64,000 bases of DNA from IMG/VR virus record IMGVR_UViG_3300033143_005857, positions 12,387 through 76,386 of that record. One strand, written 5' to 3'. Within the stretch, counting starts at the first letter, position 1; the number at the start of each line of letters is the position of its first letter. The notes beneath the pieces were generated by a model. That model saw only the letters and a list, made by a program, of their open reading frames with translations, was not told the DNA's origin and did no database searches. Shown here piece by piece: positions 21,013 to 30,848 of this stretch. The stretch is from a virus. Both the position numbers and the translations under genes were made by a program.

Positions 21013-21558
21013 ATGGCAACAATAGAACTTACACCAAGATTAGACACAGCAGTGCATACAGATTGGAATCCGTATACATATACAAATATCGACGGAGGTT
21101 CTGGTGGATACAGTGATGGAACATCAATTAAAACTGTTGAGAGTGCAAATGCGTATGCAGAGCACTTGTATGATGCTGCACCATCAGACACAGATGTAGT
21201 ATCAAGCATAAGATTTTATGTCCGTTGTAAAAGGCTTGGAACACCAGCCACATGTGACGGAGAAATATATATTGCTGGTGCGTGGAAAGGAGAAAAAACA
21301 TATACTTTACAAACCGATTTTACAACTTATAGCCAAGTATGGACTGGTTCTTGGACAAAGGCACAAGTAGATGCTATGAAATTTAGAATTGAAGGGACTA
21401 ATGGTGACAAATCTCAAGTTCAAGTATCAGCAATTTGGTGTGTAATAACGTATACAATTATTCCAACTTATGATAAAGTTATTAACGGTGTAAGTAGTTA
21501 TTCTCATATTAATGGTGTTGCAGTTGCAGACATAACTGCATGGAACGGAGTGACTTAA
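21013..21558 (+). CDS. hypothetical virion protein
   Basis: Beta-rich; C-terminal INGV repeats. Confidence 0.55.
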   Translation: MATIELTPRLDTAVHTDWNPYTYTNIDGGSGGYSDGTSIKTVESANAYAEHLYDAAPSDTDVVSSIRFYVRCKRLGTPATCDGEIYIAGAWKGEKTYTLQTDFTTYSQVWTGSWTKAQVDAMKFRIEGTNGDKSQVQVSAIWCVITYTIIPTYDKVINGVSSYSHINGVAVADITAWNGVT

Positions 21559-21574
21559 ACTAAGGTGATATATA

Positions 21575-22024
21575 ATGGGAACAGACAAAGAACAAGCAGA
21601 ATCTATTATAAAAATGCTGCTACCAAAGGTTCAAGAAAGCATTACTGCAATGGTGGAAGGTAAATTTAGTGAAAAATTACCAGAACTAAAATCTGCCATG
21701 CAAAATGAGTTATGGGACAAAGCGGTAGAAGAAATAGGCAAACGAATGAATTTGCCAGCAGACCTAATTGCTAAACTTCAAACTATTGATGATTTAGTAA
21801 AATCACAAGAATCTCAGATTGGTTTATCTTTAGAAAAACTTATATCTGATGTAGAAGCCTTTAAAGATCGACTTAAAGGTGTAGACCTCAATAAGACTAT
21901 TACTATGTCTTATAAAGAATTACAGACCGTTCGTATAAAATCAGCACTCTCATGGGCTTTAATTAGTTTTGCACTTGGCTTCTTTGCTGGTATAGTTTCA
22001 TACGGAAAATTTGTAGGATTTTAG
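21575..22024 (+). CDS. coiled-coil protein with C-terminal transmembrane helix
   Basis: Hydrophobic C-terminus; GGTGA RBS. Confidence 0.55.
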   Translation: MGTDKEQAESIIKMLLPKVQESITAMVEGKFSEKLPELKSAMQNELWDKAVEEIGKRMNLPADLIAKLQTIDDLVKSQESQIGLSLEKLISDVEAFKDRLKGVDLNKTITMSYKELQTVRIKSALSWALISFALGFFAGIVSYGKFVGF

Positions 22025-22032
22025 GATGAGCC

Positions 22033-22692
22033 ATGAGACGTCGTTTTTTTTGGATGTTAATTGCATCTATACTGCTAACGATTGTTCTCATTTATATGCT
22101 TTCTGAATATATTGATTTCTTTAGCAAAATAACAAGTTTTATTACTTTCACGGTAGATTCAGTCAAAGACTATCTTGGCTGGCTTGGAACAGCAATAGGT
22201 TTTTTGATATACATTAAAAATAGGTTTCTCGACACTGGAATGTTCCGTAAAATACAAAAATCATACGGAAAACAACGTTTCATAGTTGCTTTGCGTGTGA
22301 TGCTCGAACTTCTTGATGTTTACAACCCAGAAATAGTTATACAAAAAATATCGCAAATAAGCAATACACAAACTGAGATGAGACGAGCTATGGTAGAACT
22401 TAACGAAATCCTTATTACTGTTGGAGAAACAACACAAGAAAATGTAATCATATTAAGTAATCGTGAAAGACGTCTACTTACTCGTGAAATCAACAAACTT
22501 CTTGAACTTATTGATAAAAAGTTCGACATACACTATACAACAAAAAATATTATGAGCAAGACCGATAAAGCCGTTGCAGTCTTGGAGAAAACCTTAGAAA
22601 AATCAAAGATCAAACGAGAATCATTATTCAAACGGAAGAAACAGAAAGATAAGGAAACTAATGATAAACTTCGTAAAAACCTTAATAATTGA
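22033..22692 (+). CDS. membrane protein (holin-like position)
   Basis: Two N-terminal hydrophobic helices; last gene of the late operon. Confidence 0.5.
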   Translation: MRRRFFWMLIASILLTIVLIYMLSEYIDFFSKITSFITFTVDSVKDYLGWLGTAIGFLIYIKNRFLDTGMFRKIQKSYGKQRFIVALRVMLELLDVYNPEIVIQKISQISNTQTEMRRAMVELNEILITVGETTQENVIILSNRERRLLTREINKLLELIDKKFDIHYTTKNIMSKTDKAVAVLEKTLEKSKIKRESLFKRKKQKDKETNDKLRKNLNN

Positions 22693-22694
22693 TA

Positions 22695-22709
22695 AAAATT
22701 TACATATAT
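22695..22709 (+). promoter_or_regulatory. putative late promoter motif with no downstream ORF
   Basis: AAAATTTACATATAT followed by ~80 nt and an oligo-T tract. Confidence 0.6.
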
Positions 22710-22729
22710 AAGCCAGTCGCTATATCCAT

Positions 22730-22808
22730 TAAATCCCACAAATTTTAACGCTGCTGACTTATTGTTTTGTTTTTCACATAGTTTCACCTTTTTTTTCTAT
22801 TTTTTTCC
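22730..22808 (+). ncRNA. candidate late small RNA with anti-RBS sequence
   Basis: Bounded by the late motif and a T-tract; contains CATAGTTTCACCTT. Confidence 0.3.
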
Positions 22809-22827
22809 ACCGAAAAGCAGCTGATCT

Positions 22828-22883
22828 AATTAATACCTAATTTCCCCTATATATATATATTAAGGGGAACAAAGGGATTAATT
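22828..22883. repeat. inverted repeat around an (AT)n tract
   Basis: TTCCCCT-ATATATATATATTA-AGGGGAA with outer AATTAAT/ATTAATT arms. Confidence 0.6.
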
Positions 22884-22985
22884 GTCTAAAAGCGAGAAGG
22901 TAAAATGATCCAAGCTAGGAAAGAAATGCTTGAATTTCGCTATCTCTCAGCCCAAAAAATAGGAAAAAAAAGTGGATTATACTAT

Positions 22986-23396
22986 CTAAATTACTTTTTC
23001 TCGAGTCACTTTTTTCACAATACGTGTTGCATGTTCTTGTGCCAATTTTGTAATAGCATCCCATAAGAAAGCGTCCCGTCCTCTATTAGATGTGCTATTT
23101 CCTCGCTTATATGGCTTAAACATTCGATTATAAAGCTTATATTCATTTGAGCCAGCCACTTTACGATTTGCAAAGATAATTTTCTCAAGTTCGATGAAAT
23201 CAATCTCTAAGGTGATGTCTTTAGATTCAATAATAATCATTTCGTTATCAAGCGATTGAAGGGCTGCTGCTATCTTGGCTGCGTCTTCGTCGGCTTGTTT
23301 TTCTGCTTTAGCGTTTGCTTTTTTAATATTTGTCTCTGTTTTTGCAAATGCTAATTTTGCTTTTTGATCTTTGATATTTTCTGCCATAGTCTTCAT
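22986..23396 (-). CDS. hypothetical protein
   Basis: 136-aa ORF coupled to the upstream gene. Confidence 0.55.
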   Translation of the reverse strand: MKTMAENIKDQKAKLAFAKTETNIKKANAKAEKQADEDAAKIAAALQSLDNEMIIIESKDITLEIDFIELEKIIFANRKVAGSNEYKLYNRMFKPYKRGNSTSNRGRDAFLWDAITKLAQEHATRIVKKVTREKVI

Positions 23397-23680
23397 TGCA
23401 CAATCATCTCCATAATTTCAGCATGTTCCAGTAAATGAGGTCGGTCCAAATACTTATTCAATTTACCATTCTGAAATAATTCGTTAAAGAAATTGTAGAA
23501 AAATTTAACTGTGGTTTTTTCCGAACCATTCAAACCTTCGGATACTGCTCTGTCTGGGTTAAAGATAATATTTCTTAACCAATCCCCAAGTTCAGCATTT
23601 TCTGGCTTTGTTGCTAAAAATTCCGCTGGTAGTCTAAGTGATACAACCTTAGCATCCTTTACTTTTGCTGGTCTTCCCAT
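23393..23680 (-). CDS. ribbon-helix-helix-like DNA-binding protein
   Basis: MGRP...VVSLRLP....WLR.II pattern; GGTGA RBS. Confidence 0.55.
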   Translation of the reverse strand: MGRPAKVKDAKVVSLRLPAEFLATKPENAELGDWLRNIIFNPDRAVSEGLNGSEKTTVKFFYNFFNELFQNGKLNKYLDRPHLLEHAEIMEMIVQ

Positions 23681-23754
23681 AATTTCACCATAATGTAAAC
23701 AAAAAAGTAATGTAATGTTTACAGAATAATAACGTAAACATTATTTAATAAATC

Positions 23755-24423
23755 TTAGTCTTCTTCTGCTTCAACAACAATAACGTTTTCTTTTTCTTCA
23801 TCAACTTCTTTTTGCCCATATACTACAAGTTCTTGTATAACTGGCTCACGAAATTGCATATCACAAACTTCTGATGGTTTAGTTTTGCCTTTACTAAACT
23901 TTGCAGTCATTGCTCTAATAATAGGCTTAGCATTTTTGTTTACTTTATTTGGTGCTGGTAATCTTGGTGTGCTATTTGGTGGAGGAGGTGGAAGAAACGG
24001 TTTGTCTGTAGGAGGACCGCTTGGAAATACGTTAGTTTGCTGTATCATGTTAGGAGATTGTTGTTGATTCTGTGGAAGATATACTAATTGTGGTTGTTGT
24101 GATCGTGCAGAAGCATCAATCAAACGTTTATGAGCATCCCACAGATTTGTGTCGTTGCTATCAATCTTTACTTGCAAAGCGTCAATCTTTTGTTGCATAG
24201 TTTTCTGCAAGTCTACATAACCATTTGTTAATTTTGTAATTTCTGTCCGATACTCTACATTGGTTTGAATCAAATGCTGAAGAGCAAGACGAAAAGTGCC
24301 GTATATTTGTGTAAGGTTCTTGAGATACAGATAACTTTCATGGTCTACCGTGACGCTGTGAGTTTGTGCAACTTTTATACTGAAAGCAATTTTATCTTTG
24401 CTTTTCTTTGTTGTTATTTTCAT
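23755..24423 (-). CDS. coiled-coil, proline-rich protein
   Basis: Coiled coil followed by Q/P-rich linker with PPPPP. Confidence 0.55.
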   Translation of the reverse strand: MKITTKKSKDKIAFSIKVAQTHSVTVDHESYLYLKNLTQIYGTFRLALQHLIQTNVEYRTEITKLTNGYVDLQKTMQQKIDALQVKIDSNDTNLWDAHKRLIDASARSQQPQLVYLPQNQQQSPNMIQQTNVFPSGPPTDKPFLPPPPPNSTPRLPAPNKVNKNAKPIIRAMTAKFSKGKTKPSEVCDMQFREPVIQELVVYGQKEVDEEKENVIVVEAEED

Positions 24424-24583
24424 GTGTTGTAACCTTTTTAATATGGTTTTCAATACGATCTAATACGATACTTAAGGAAATTATAAATGAAAGCACTCTA
24501 ATACCATTTTCACTAATCGGTATAAAATCTGCAACTAAGTAAAATAAAAGTAAAAAACATATATAATTCCATATCAATTTCAT
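24392..24583 (-). CDS. small membrane protein
   Basis: Two hydrophobic segments. Confidence 0.4.
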   Translation of the reverse strand: MKLIWNYICFLLLFYLVADFIPISENGIRVLSFIISLSIVLDRIENHIKKVTTHENNNKEKQR

Positions 24584-24772
24584 TTAAGTTCCCCAGTCCT
24601 CGTCAACTACAAAATCGCATTTTTGCTTGTTGTTTCGCAAATGATCTTTAGCAACTTCGTTGCATTTTTTATGCTTCCTATGGCATTTGTATTGAGAACT
24701 TCGAAAAATACAATTGTAGCAATTTTCCGATGTCCAATTACGTATCTTCTTCGTCATTTTCATCGTCCTCAT
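24584..24772 (-). CDS. small Cys-rich protein
   Basis: CxxC...C...C; start uncertain. Confidence 0.35.
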   Translation of the reverse strand: MRTMKMTKKIRNWTSENCYNCIFRSSQYKCHRKHKKCNEVAKDHLRNNKQKCDFVVDEDWGT

Positions 24773-26039
24773 CTTGTGAAATTAGGTCAATTAAAGATTC
24801 TACATTTAATTTGTTGTAAATTTCTTGGATTTTTGCAACTTTCTCAATATTAGATTCGTTTGTCTCAATAATTTTTTGCAGCTCTTTGGATTGATTGTAG
24901 ATGTAGGTTTCATAATCCTTAATCGCTGCGATATCGCCAGTAAATGCTCTGTTAATTTTGAGCATCTTTGAATATGGCTTCATAACACATTTATTAAAGT
25001 TAATATCAATAGAATCTTCGCCAGTTGCAGCAAGAACTATTTTTTCCCACAATCCTTCAAGTTGATCTCGCATATATCGATATTTTTTTGGCTTCATAAC
25101 ATACGGTTTTTTAATTCTGTTTATGTCCCAAATGCTTATATTTTCATCGATAACTTTTTCCGTATAATCACAAAATGGCTCAATTCCTACATTAACATAG
25201 AGATTGTCAAGTTCTAACCGATATTCTCCAAGTTGTGCAAGAGTCATTGCTAAACCAATATTTTTCATGTATTTCATTTGCTCTGCATTAACTCTTGTTT
25301 TTTCTTTGATTGTATCCCATAAGCTCGGATTGATTGAATCAAGCATATCAAAGTTGATACCAAAATCAAGTGTTTCATCAAACCATTGCTTGATATCTTG
25401 GTAAATACCAATTCCAGCAATGTCTAAATCATGGATAACACCAATCACAATGTTTGTTTTTCCATCTTCAATATTATCTCGGATTTCCATAATTGTTTCA
25501 ACAACTTCACACGCTGAAAAGCCTTGAGTAATGATAAGAACAATTTTCTCTTCCCATCCTCGCTTGTTCATTGCAGCAAGCCATTTTTTGCCGAGAGTTT
25601 CTTTTTCACAAATTGCAATCAATAACCCAGAATCAACATATTTTTCACGATTTTGTGGAACAATCATAATATCGTCACCAACACAGCCATAAGCAATGGC
25701 TCGTCCTTTAGATTCAATATTAAGAGATTTACGTAATATTCCCCAGTAGCTATTTTTGCTATCTATTTCGATTGCCTTGCTCACAATAGATTTCTTTTCG
25801 CAAAATGCACGAATTGATTTGAGCATAGTGTTGTATTGCTTGCTTGCATCTCCAGAGATGTCTAATTCGTCCGTTCCGAATTCTTTCTTATATTTAGAAA
25901 CGGAATTATACCATAACATACGTTGAGATATGCTATCCGAATGAGCTTGTAAATATTCAAACCCATGTTCGTATAACATGTCAAATCGTCGCTGAAGTTC
26001 CAAGCGAACGATACCAAGAAAATTTGATGCTTTACCCAT
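24738..26039 (-). CDS. Toprim-domain protein, Topo VI-A/Spo11/JetD-like
   Basis: ICEKE, QGF, HDLDIAGI.I, ELD motifs. Confidence 0.7.
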   Translation of the reverse strand: MGKASNFLGIVRLELQRRFDMLYEHGFEYLQAHSDSISQRMLWYNSVSKYKKEFGTDELDISGDASKQYNTMLKSIRAFCEKKSIVSKAIEIDSKNSYWGILRKSLNIESKGRAIAYGCVGDDIMIVPQNREKYVDSGLLIAICEKETLGKKWLAAMNKRGWEEKIVLIITQGFSACEVVETIMEIRDNIEDGKTNIVIGVIHDLDIAGIGIYQDIKQWFDETLDFGINFDMLDSINPSLWDTIKEKTRVNAEQMKYMKNIGLAMTLAQLGEYRLELDNLYVNVGIEPFCDYTEKVIDENISIWDINRIKKPYVMKPKKYRYMRDQLEGLWEKIVLAATGEDSIDINFNKCVMKPYSKMLKINRAFTGDIAAIKDYETYIYNQSKELQKIIETNESNIEKVAKIQEIYNKLNVESLIDLISQDEDDENDEEDT

Positions 26040-26119
26040 AATTTGTCACCAGCAGTGGTGTGATCGAAATATAGAACGCTTTTTATTTAAATATTGGTAG
26101 AAACCATGTATCAACTATA

Positions 26120-27865
26120 TTAAACAATTTTACAGTAAATAGGCTTTCTGCCTCGTGTTTTTGTATTAACCTTATATATTTTTATCATGTTATCTTTAAC
26201 AAGACGTTTGATAACTTCTGATACAACAGTATTCTGTCCTTTTATCTTTCTTATAATTTCAGTAATTGTATGATCTTTTTCTTCAAGTAGTGTTAAAATG
26301 TCTTCACGTATCCGATCTTCTTTGTCTTCTGTGACATATTCTGTTTCTCCACGTAATAATGACTCTAATTTGCCAATCGGCATACGATTAACATTTTTGA
26401 AAGGTAAAAGTAAATTTGTGAGTAAATAAATATAAGTTGGCTTATTTCGCTTTAATGCGATACGGATTCTATGAATTCCTTGAATTATGTTAGTTTCTCG
26501 CATGATATAATGTAAATCATCTTCATCATAGCCGAGAAGTATTGATTTTCTATGCAAATCATCCCTTCTTGGTTCTGGTGTTCCAAATATAACAACTACA
26601 TTAAACTTTTCATATTCGTTTGATCCTACAAGAGGATAATGATCTGTTGTAATATAGGAAGGATTAGAGTCTTTTATTTCTTCTTCGTATTTTTTACGGG
26701 AGAGAACAAGCACTGGTTCTTGGTGCTTATTGATAATAAGTTGAATTAAATTAATCAATCTTCGTCGTGTTTTAATATTTTTGTCCAACGTTCTCATAAC
26801 ATATTTTGCAGTGCTTATTTGATATATAGTAGATTTAATGTTGATCTCTTGCTCAATTGCTTGAATACTTCTCATAAACATCGACTGATAAAACTTAGGA
26901 GGTGTTGTAGCATCCAATATCATAACTTTGCATGGAAAGTCTAAAGCATCCAAATCGTATCGTGCAATATCAATATAGCTATGCTGCTCTCCAACAACAG
27001 TTTTAATGACGTTGTCAATGAACTCAAGGTGGTTTGGATCATACATTGGAAGATATTTTTTCCAGATTGCAGCAGCAGTTTCAAAGATAAATGTGACTAT
27101 ATTAGTAAAAATCTTTTTCTTTTGGAAATAATAAACAGCAAGTAAATGTTCATACTCTTCAGCAAAGTCTGCTAATGATTCTGCTGAACCATCAATTTTG
27201 AAAAATTGGTAAATTTGAGCATACAAATAAACATTATTTACAAACTTGTTTTGTAATGCAAATGCAAATTCATGTAAGAAATCAAACAGAAAATCTTTTT
27301 CTGGGCATTCTCTCATACGAGCAGCAAGATTAATTGTATTTACTATATGGCTATAATAAATTCGTTGTTGCTTGTAAATAGCGTCAATAAAGTATTCATC
27401 TATAACTACAACATCGACGTTGTTTTCTTCTACATACGAATTAACCAAACCTCCAAGATGGTGATGCACACCAATCCAAGACTGAGGTTCATGCCAGATT
27501 TCTATGATACGTTGATAATATTCACAAATACTCATATATTGGCATTCTGGGCAAAATTGCTTGATATTAATACCATACTTAATTAGTGGTTTGTATTCAT
27601 CGTTTCTACATAATCTGCGTCGTGATTCAATTTGTAGCAATCCAAATAATGCTTCATTTTTGTTTATTTGTTCGCTCGCAATAGTATGATTATTAACAAG
27701 ATAAATAAACAGAGAATCAGTATTATCAAGTTCCTCTGCAGTAATTGTAGTCTTTCCAGCACCAGCAAAATGATTTAAATGTAAGTTATAATCTGGTGGA
27801 TTTGGTGTATACAAGTAGTTTTTTACGGACTTTCGTAAAAATGCACGAATTTCATCAATATACAT
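26120..27865 (-). CDS. SF2-like helicase with Cys cluster and C-terminal winged helix
   Basis: GAGKTT, IDEY, DAT, QGIHRIR; C...CPEC...C; wHTH ending RGRK. Confidence 0.65.
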   Translation of the reverse strand: MYIDEIRAFLRKSVKNYLYTPNPPDYNLHLNHFAGAGKTTITAEELDNTDSLFIYLVNNHTIASEQINKNEALFGLLQIESRRRLCRNDEYKPLIKYGINIKQFCPECQYMSICEYYQRIIEIWHEPQSWIGVHHHLGGLVNSYVEENNVDVVVIDEYFIDAIYKQQRIYYSHIVNTINLAARMRECPEKDFLFDFLHEFAFALQNKFVNNVYLYAQIYQFFKIDGSAESLADFAEEYEHLLAVYYFQKKKIFTNIVTFIFETAAAIWKKYLPMYDPNHLEFIDNVIKTVVGEQHSYIDIARYDLDALDFPCKVMILDATTPPKFYQSMFMRSIQAIEQEINIKSTIYQISTAKYVMRTLDKNIKTRRRLINLIQLIINKHQEPVLVLSRKKYEEEIKDSNPSYITTDHYPLVGSNEYEKFNVVVIFGTPEPRRDDLHRKSILLGYDEDDLHYIMRETNIIQGIHRIRIALKRNKPTYIYLLTNLLLPFKNVNRMPIGKLESLLRGETEYVTEDKEDRIREDILTLLEEKDHTITEIIRKIKGQNTVVSEVIKRLVKDNMIKIYKVNTKTRGRKPIYCKIV

Positions 27866-27890
27866 AATAATTACCTAAAAAAATAAAGAA

Positions 27891-29999
27891 TTATTTAAAT
27901 TCTTTTTTGTTAATCATTATAAGATTTTTAACCACTCTTGTGCTTAATCTTAAGGCTCGTGCTACTTTAACTGGATCTCCATTCAATACATCACCAATTG
28001 AATTAAAACCAGCTTTGTATAGTAATTCTGCACGTTTCAAACCAATCTTTTTGAGTTTGCATAATTCAATCAATTCGGTGCGAAGAGTTCCAGCTTGGCA
28101 CATTAAGCTTAGGATTCCAAGAGAACTGCTAAGAGTTTTGTTGCTGCTGAAGATTACGCTTGCAGCATTAAACATACGGAAGCCATTTTCTTTGAGAAGC
28201 ATTTTATCACCAGTAGATAAGTATATTTTTTTGGTGATTTCGTATTTCTTAATAAGATCTTCGTTAAATGTTAAGAAATAGCATTTGAGAAGTTGTTTTT
28301 CAATTCGCCAATCAACTAAACGGATATATTCGTCGCATTCTGTCATTTCTGCATTTTGAATGTTGCAATTTGAAATTGATGCACACGTTGAACATGGTAA
28401 ATTGTTGCAATGTCGCTTCATTGGTGGAAATACTTCACCAAGATCGTGAGAAGCGTAATCCATGATTGTTTCGTCTTCTTTTCGAGCGGTCACAACATCG
28501 TAATATTCTGCTACTGTTCCAAATCGCACAAATAACTCTGTCAGATCTGTTGAATCAACGATATTGCATATTTGTCCTTTCCATGCAACAACAGTTTCTG
28601 GCATAACATACATAGCAACAGTTAAACGTCCGATTTTTGTAATTGCTAAGCCATATTCTGTTTTCTTAAGGAAGTCAAACATTGTAAGCCATTCTACTGC
28701 CTTATCTGCTTCTGCATCGCTAATTTCTGCATAACTACCAGCAGCAAGTTCCATGATATCCATTTTGTCGCTTGCTAATCCAGAAGCAATCCATTGTAAA
28801 ATCTTTTCGTGCAGTCTTGGTTTGAGTTTACTCTCAACAACAAGAGGATTTAACGCACGGTCTGTGATAACTTCTTCTAAGCGTTCTGGAACAAATATAA
28901 AGGCATAACCCATATCTGAAAGGTTTGGTCTGCCAGCACGTCCGATTGTTTGTTGAATTCGATTTGCTTCTAATGGTTCACTACCGTTAATGGCTGAATA
29001 TTGTTCAACATCAAAGAGAACACAGCAATCTGCTGGTAAATTAACACCAACAGCAAGAGTAGGAGTAGCACACACAACTTTGATAGTTCCATCACGGAAG
29101 GAGTCTTCAACATAATGTCGTTCTGCTTTGCTTAATCCAGCGTTGTGATAGCCGATACTATGCTCTTCAACTAATTCTTCTAACGTATGCCGTTTTCTGT
29201 CGTTTACCAAAGCATTTGCAACTTGGATTGTTCGAAGTCGAGATGTAGTGAAAATAATCCAATTTTTGTCTTTGTATTGTCTCATCAACGATCGAAGCAT
29301 TCTCATACGTAAATCAAAGTTTTTTTTGTGGTCTGGATAATCAGCCCAAGATACAGTAATTTCTTCGTATGTATTGATTTTAAGTTCAAGAGGAACTGGT
29401 CGTTCGCTTGGTTCTGCAAAAATTAGTTCTGATTCTAACCAGTCTGCAAAGTGGTGCGGATTACCAACAGTTGCACTTAAGAACATATATTTAAGTTCTG
29501 GATATGCAATACGTGTAGTGATTAAGTAGTTCTCCATACGATGTCCACGTGATGCATCGCCAATTGTGTGTGCTTCGTCTGTAATTATTAATCCAACGTC
29601 TTGCATAACAACTTCACGCTTTTTAGCAGAGTTCATAATAACGTCGAATTTTTCTGGAGTCATACACGCAATTCCCCACTCCTCTTCTTCGTATTCTGCC
29701 AACTTTTTGCGATGGTCACTATCATCAATAAGAGTAGGCATGATTTCTTGGAATTCACCAAATTGCTCTTCCGTTAATGCTTTTAGCAAGCCAATAAGAA
29801 TAGTTTTTTTCCCTTGCGTTTCCCACAAGTATTTAGCAGCCAGTTTCGCTGGTAATGTTTTTCCATAACCAGTTGGCAAAAAGAGTGCAACATTATTACC
29901 GTCTACAAAAGAGTTAATTGCTTCTAACTGTCTCTTTCGCATTTCGAACGGGAGCTTTTTCATGTGGCACAATTCTAAAATTTCTGCTTGATTCATCAT
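27891..29999 (-). CDS. hel308: Ski2/Hel308-like DExH helicase
   Basis: PTGYGKT, TPEKFD, DEAH, SAT, ATPTLAVGVNLPA, GRAGRP, C-terminal HhH. Confidence 0.88.
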   Translation of the reverse strand: MMNQAEILELCHMKKLPFEMRKRQLEAINSFVDGNNVALFLPTGYGKTLPAKLAAKYLWETQGKKTILIGLLKALTEEQFGEFQEIMPTLIDDSDHRKKLAEYEEEEWGIACMTPEKFDVIMNSAKKREVVMQDVGLIITDEAHTIGDASRGHRMENYLITTRIAYPELKYMFLSATVGNPHHFADWLESELIFAEPSERPVPLELKINTYEEITVSWADYPDHKKNFDLRMRMLRSLMRQYKDKNWIIFTTSRLRTIQVANALVNDRKRHTLEELVEEHSIGYHNAGLSKAERHYVEDSFRDGTIKVVCATPTLAVGVNLPADCCVLFDVEQYSAINGSEPLEANRIQQTIGRAGRPNLSDMGYAFIFVPERLEEVITDRALNPLVVESKLKPRLHEKILQWIASGLASDKMDIMELAAGSYAEISDAEADKAVEWLTMFDFLKKTEYGLAITKIGRLTVAMYVMPETVVAWKGQICNIVDSTDLTELFVRFGTVAEYYDVVTARKEDETIMDYASHDLGEVFPPMKRHCNNLPCSTCASISNCNIQNAEMTECDEYIRLVDWRIEKQLLKCYFLTFNEDLIKKYEITKKIYLSTGDKMLLKENGFRMFNAASVIFSSNKTLSSSLGILSLMCQAGTLRTELIELCKLKKIGLKRAELLYKAGFNSIGDVLNGDPVKVARALRLSTRVVKNLIMINKKEFK

Positions 30000-30012
30000 G
30001 TTTTTTTTCACC

Positions 30013-30034
30013 AATAGTGGTTTAAACCACTATT
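30013..30034. promoter_or_regulatory. 22-bp perfect palindrome (operator candidate)
   Basis: AATAGTGGTTTAAACCACTATT immediately upstream of the helicase RBS. Confidence 0.5.
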
Positions 30035-30074
30035 TAAAATATAGTTTAAACGGATATTTAAAATTTTTGTAGTT

Positions 30075-30848
30075 TTATTTCTTAGGTTTGAATCCATAAA
30101 TCCCAGTATTTTTGGTATGGTCTTTTTTCCATTTTTTAACGTCTCCTTTATCCACAACTGGACGTTTTTTATTCATAATATTCCATACTTTTTTAGCACG
30201 AACTTCCCCAATACCGTCAAGCTCTTGTAGTTGTTCTGGTGTAGCATGGCAAATTTCGTGAATGGATAAAAATCGATTGAGTAGCACTTTGGCAAGAATC
30301 TTTCCAAAAAAAGGAATCCCTCGCACCATTCTCATACGGACGTCTTCATCTTGTGGTGCATCTCGAAGCATTTCAAGTGATGGATTCAATTTTCCAGTAA
30401 GCTTTCTACAAAGAGTCACAAAATAATAGCAAAGCATTTCATCTGTGTCGAAAAACATTGTGCGTATATTATAACGAAGTTCCATGTCGGCAAGGCATGT
30501 ATACACTGCTTTTGCTCGTCGTGGGTCAATTTCTGACGGAGAACCAGACACCAAAAAGAAACCATATCGATAATTTTTTGCCATTTTTTTAACTTGTTTC
30601 CAAACACGTCCATCGTAAATTGAACCAACAAAATCGTTTATTTCTTTTCGTTCTCCAACAAGATTACCACAAACCAAGTCTCCAACTGGTATTTGTTTGT
30701 TTACAAGTGTAAAACCAATAAAATTTTTTGCTGCCATAAATTTTTCGACTGATGCAATAAGATACAGTATTTCTTCATAGATATGTTCTGGTTCACGTTT
30801 GTCTACATAGATAGTAGTTTGATCATTTTGTGTGCGTGGTTTTAGCAT
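30075..30848 (-). CDS. xpf: ERCC4/XPF-family structure-specific nuclease
   Basis: VDKRE, GD, ERK...DF..S..DGR...Q, tandem HhH. Confidence 0.85.
   Translation of the reverse strand: MLKPRTQNDQTTIYVDKREPEHIYEEILYLIASVEKFMAAKNFIGFTLVNKQIPVGDLVCGNLVGERKEINDFVGSIYDGRVWKQVKKMAKNYRYGFFLVSGSPSEIDPRRAKAVYTCLADMELRYNIRTMFFDTDEMLCYYFVTLCRKLTGKLNPSLEMLRDAPQDEDVRMRMVRGIPFFGKILAKVLLNRFLSIHEICHATPEQLQELDGIGEVRAKKVWNIMNKKRPVVDKGDVKKWKKDHTKNTGIYGFKPKK

Noticed and set aside
18015-21558. Diversity-generating retroelement targeting the fibre
   Set aside because: No reverse transcriptase and no TR/VR pair seen
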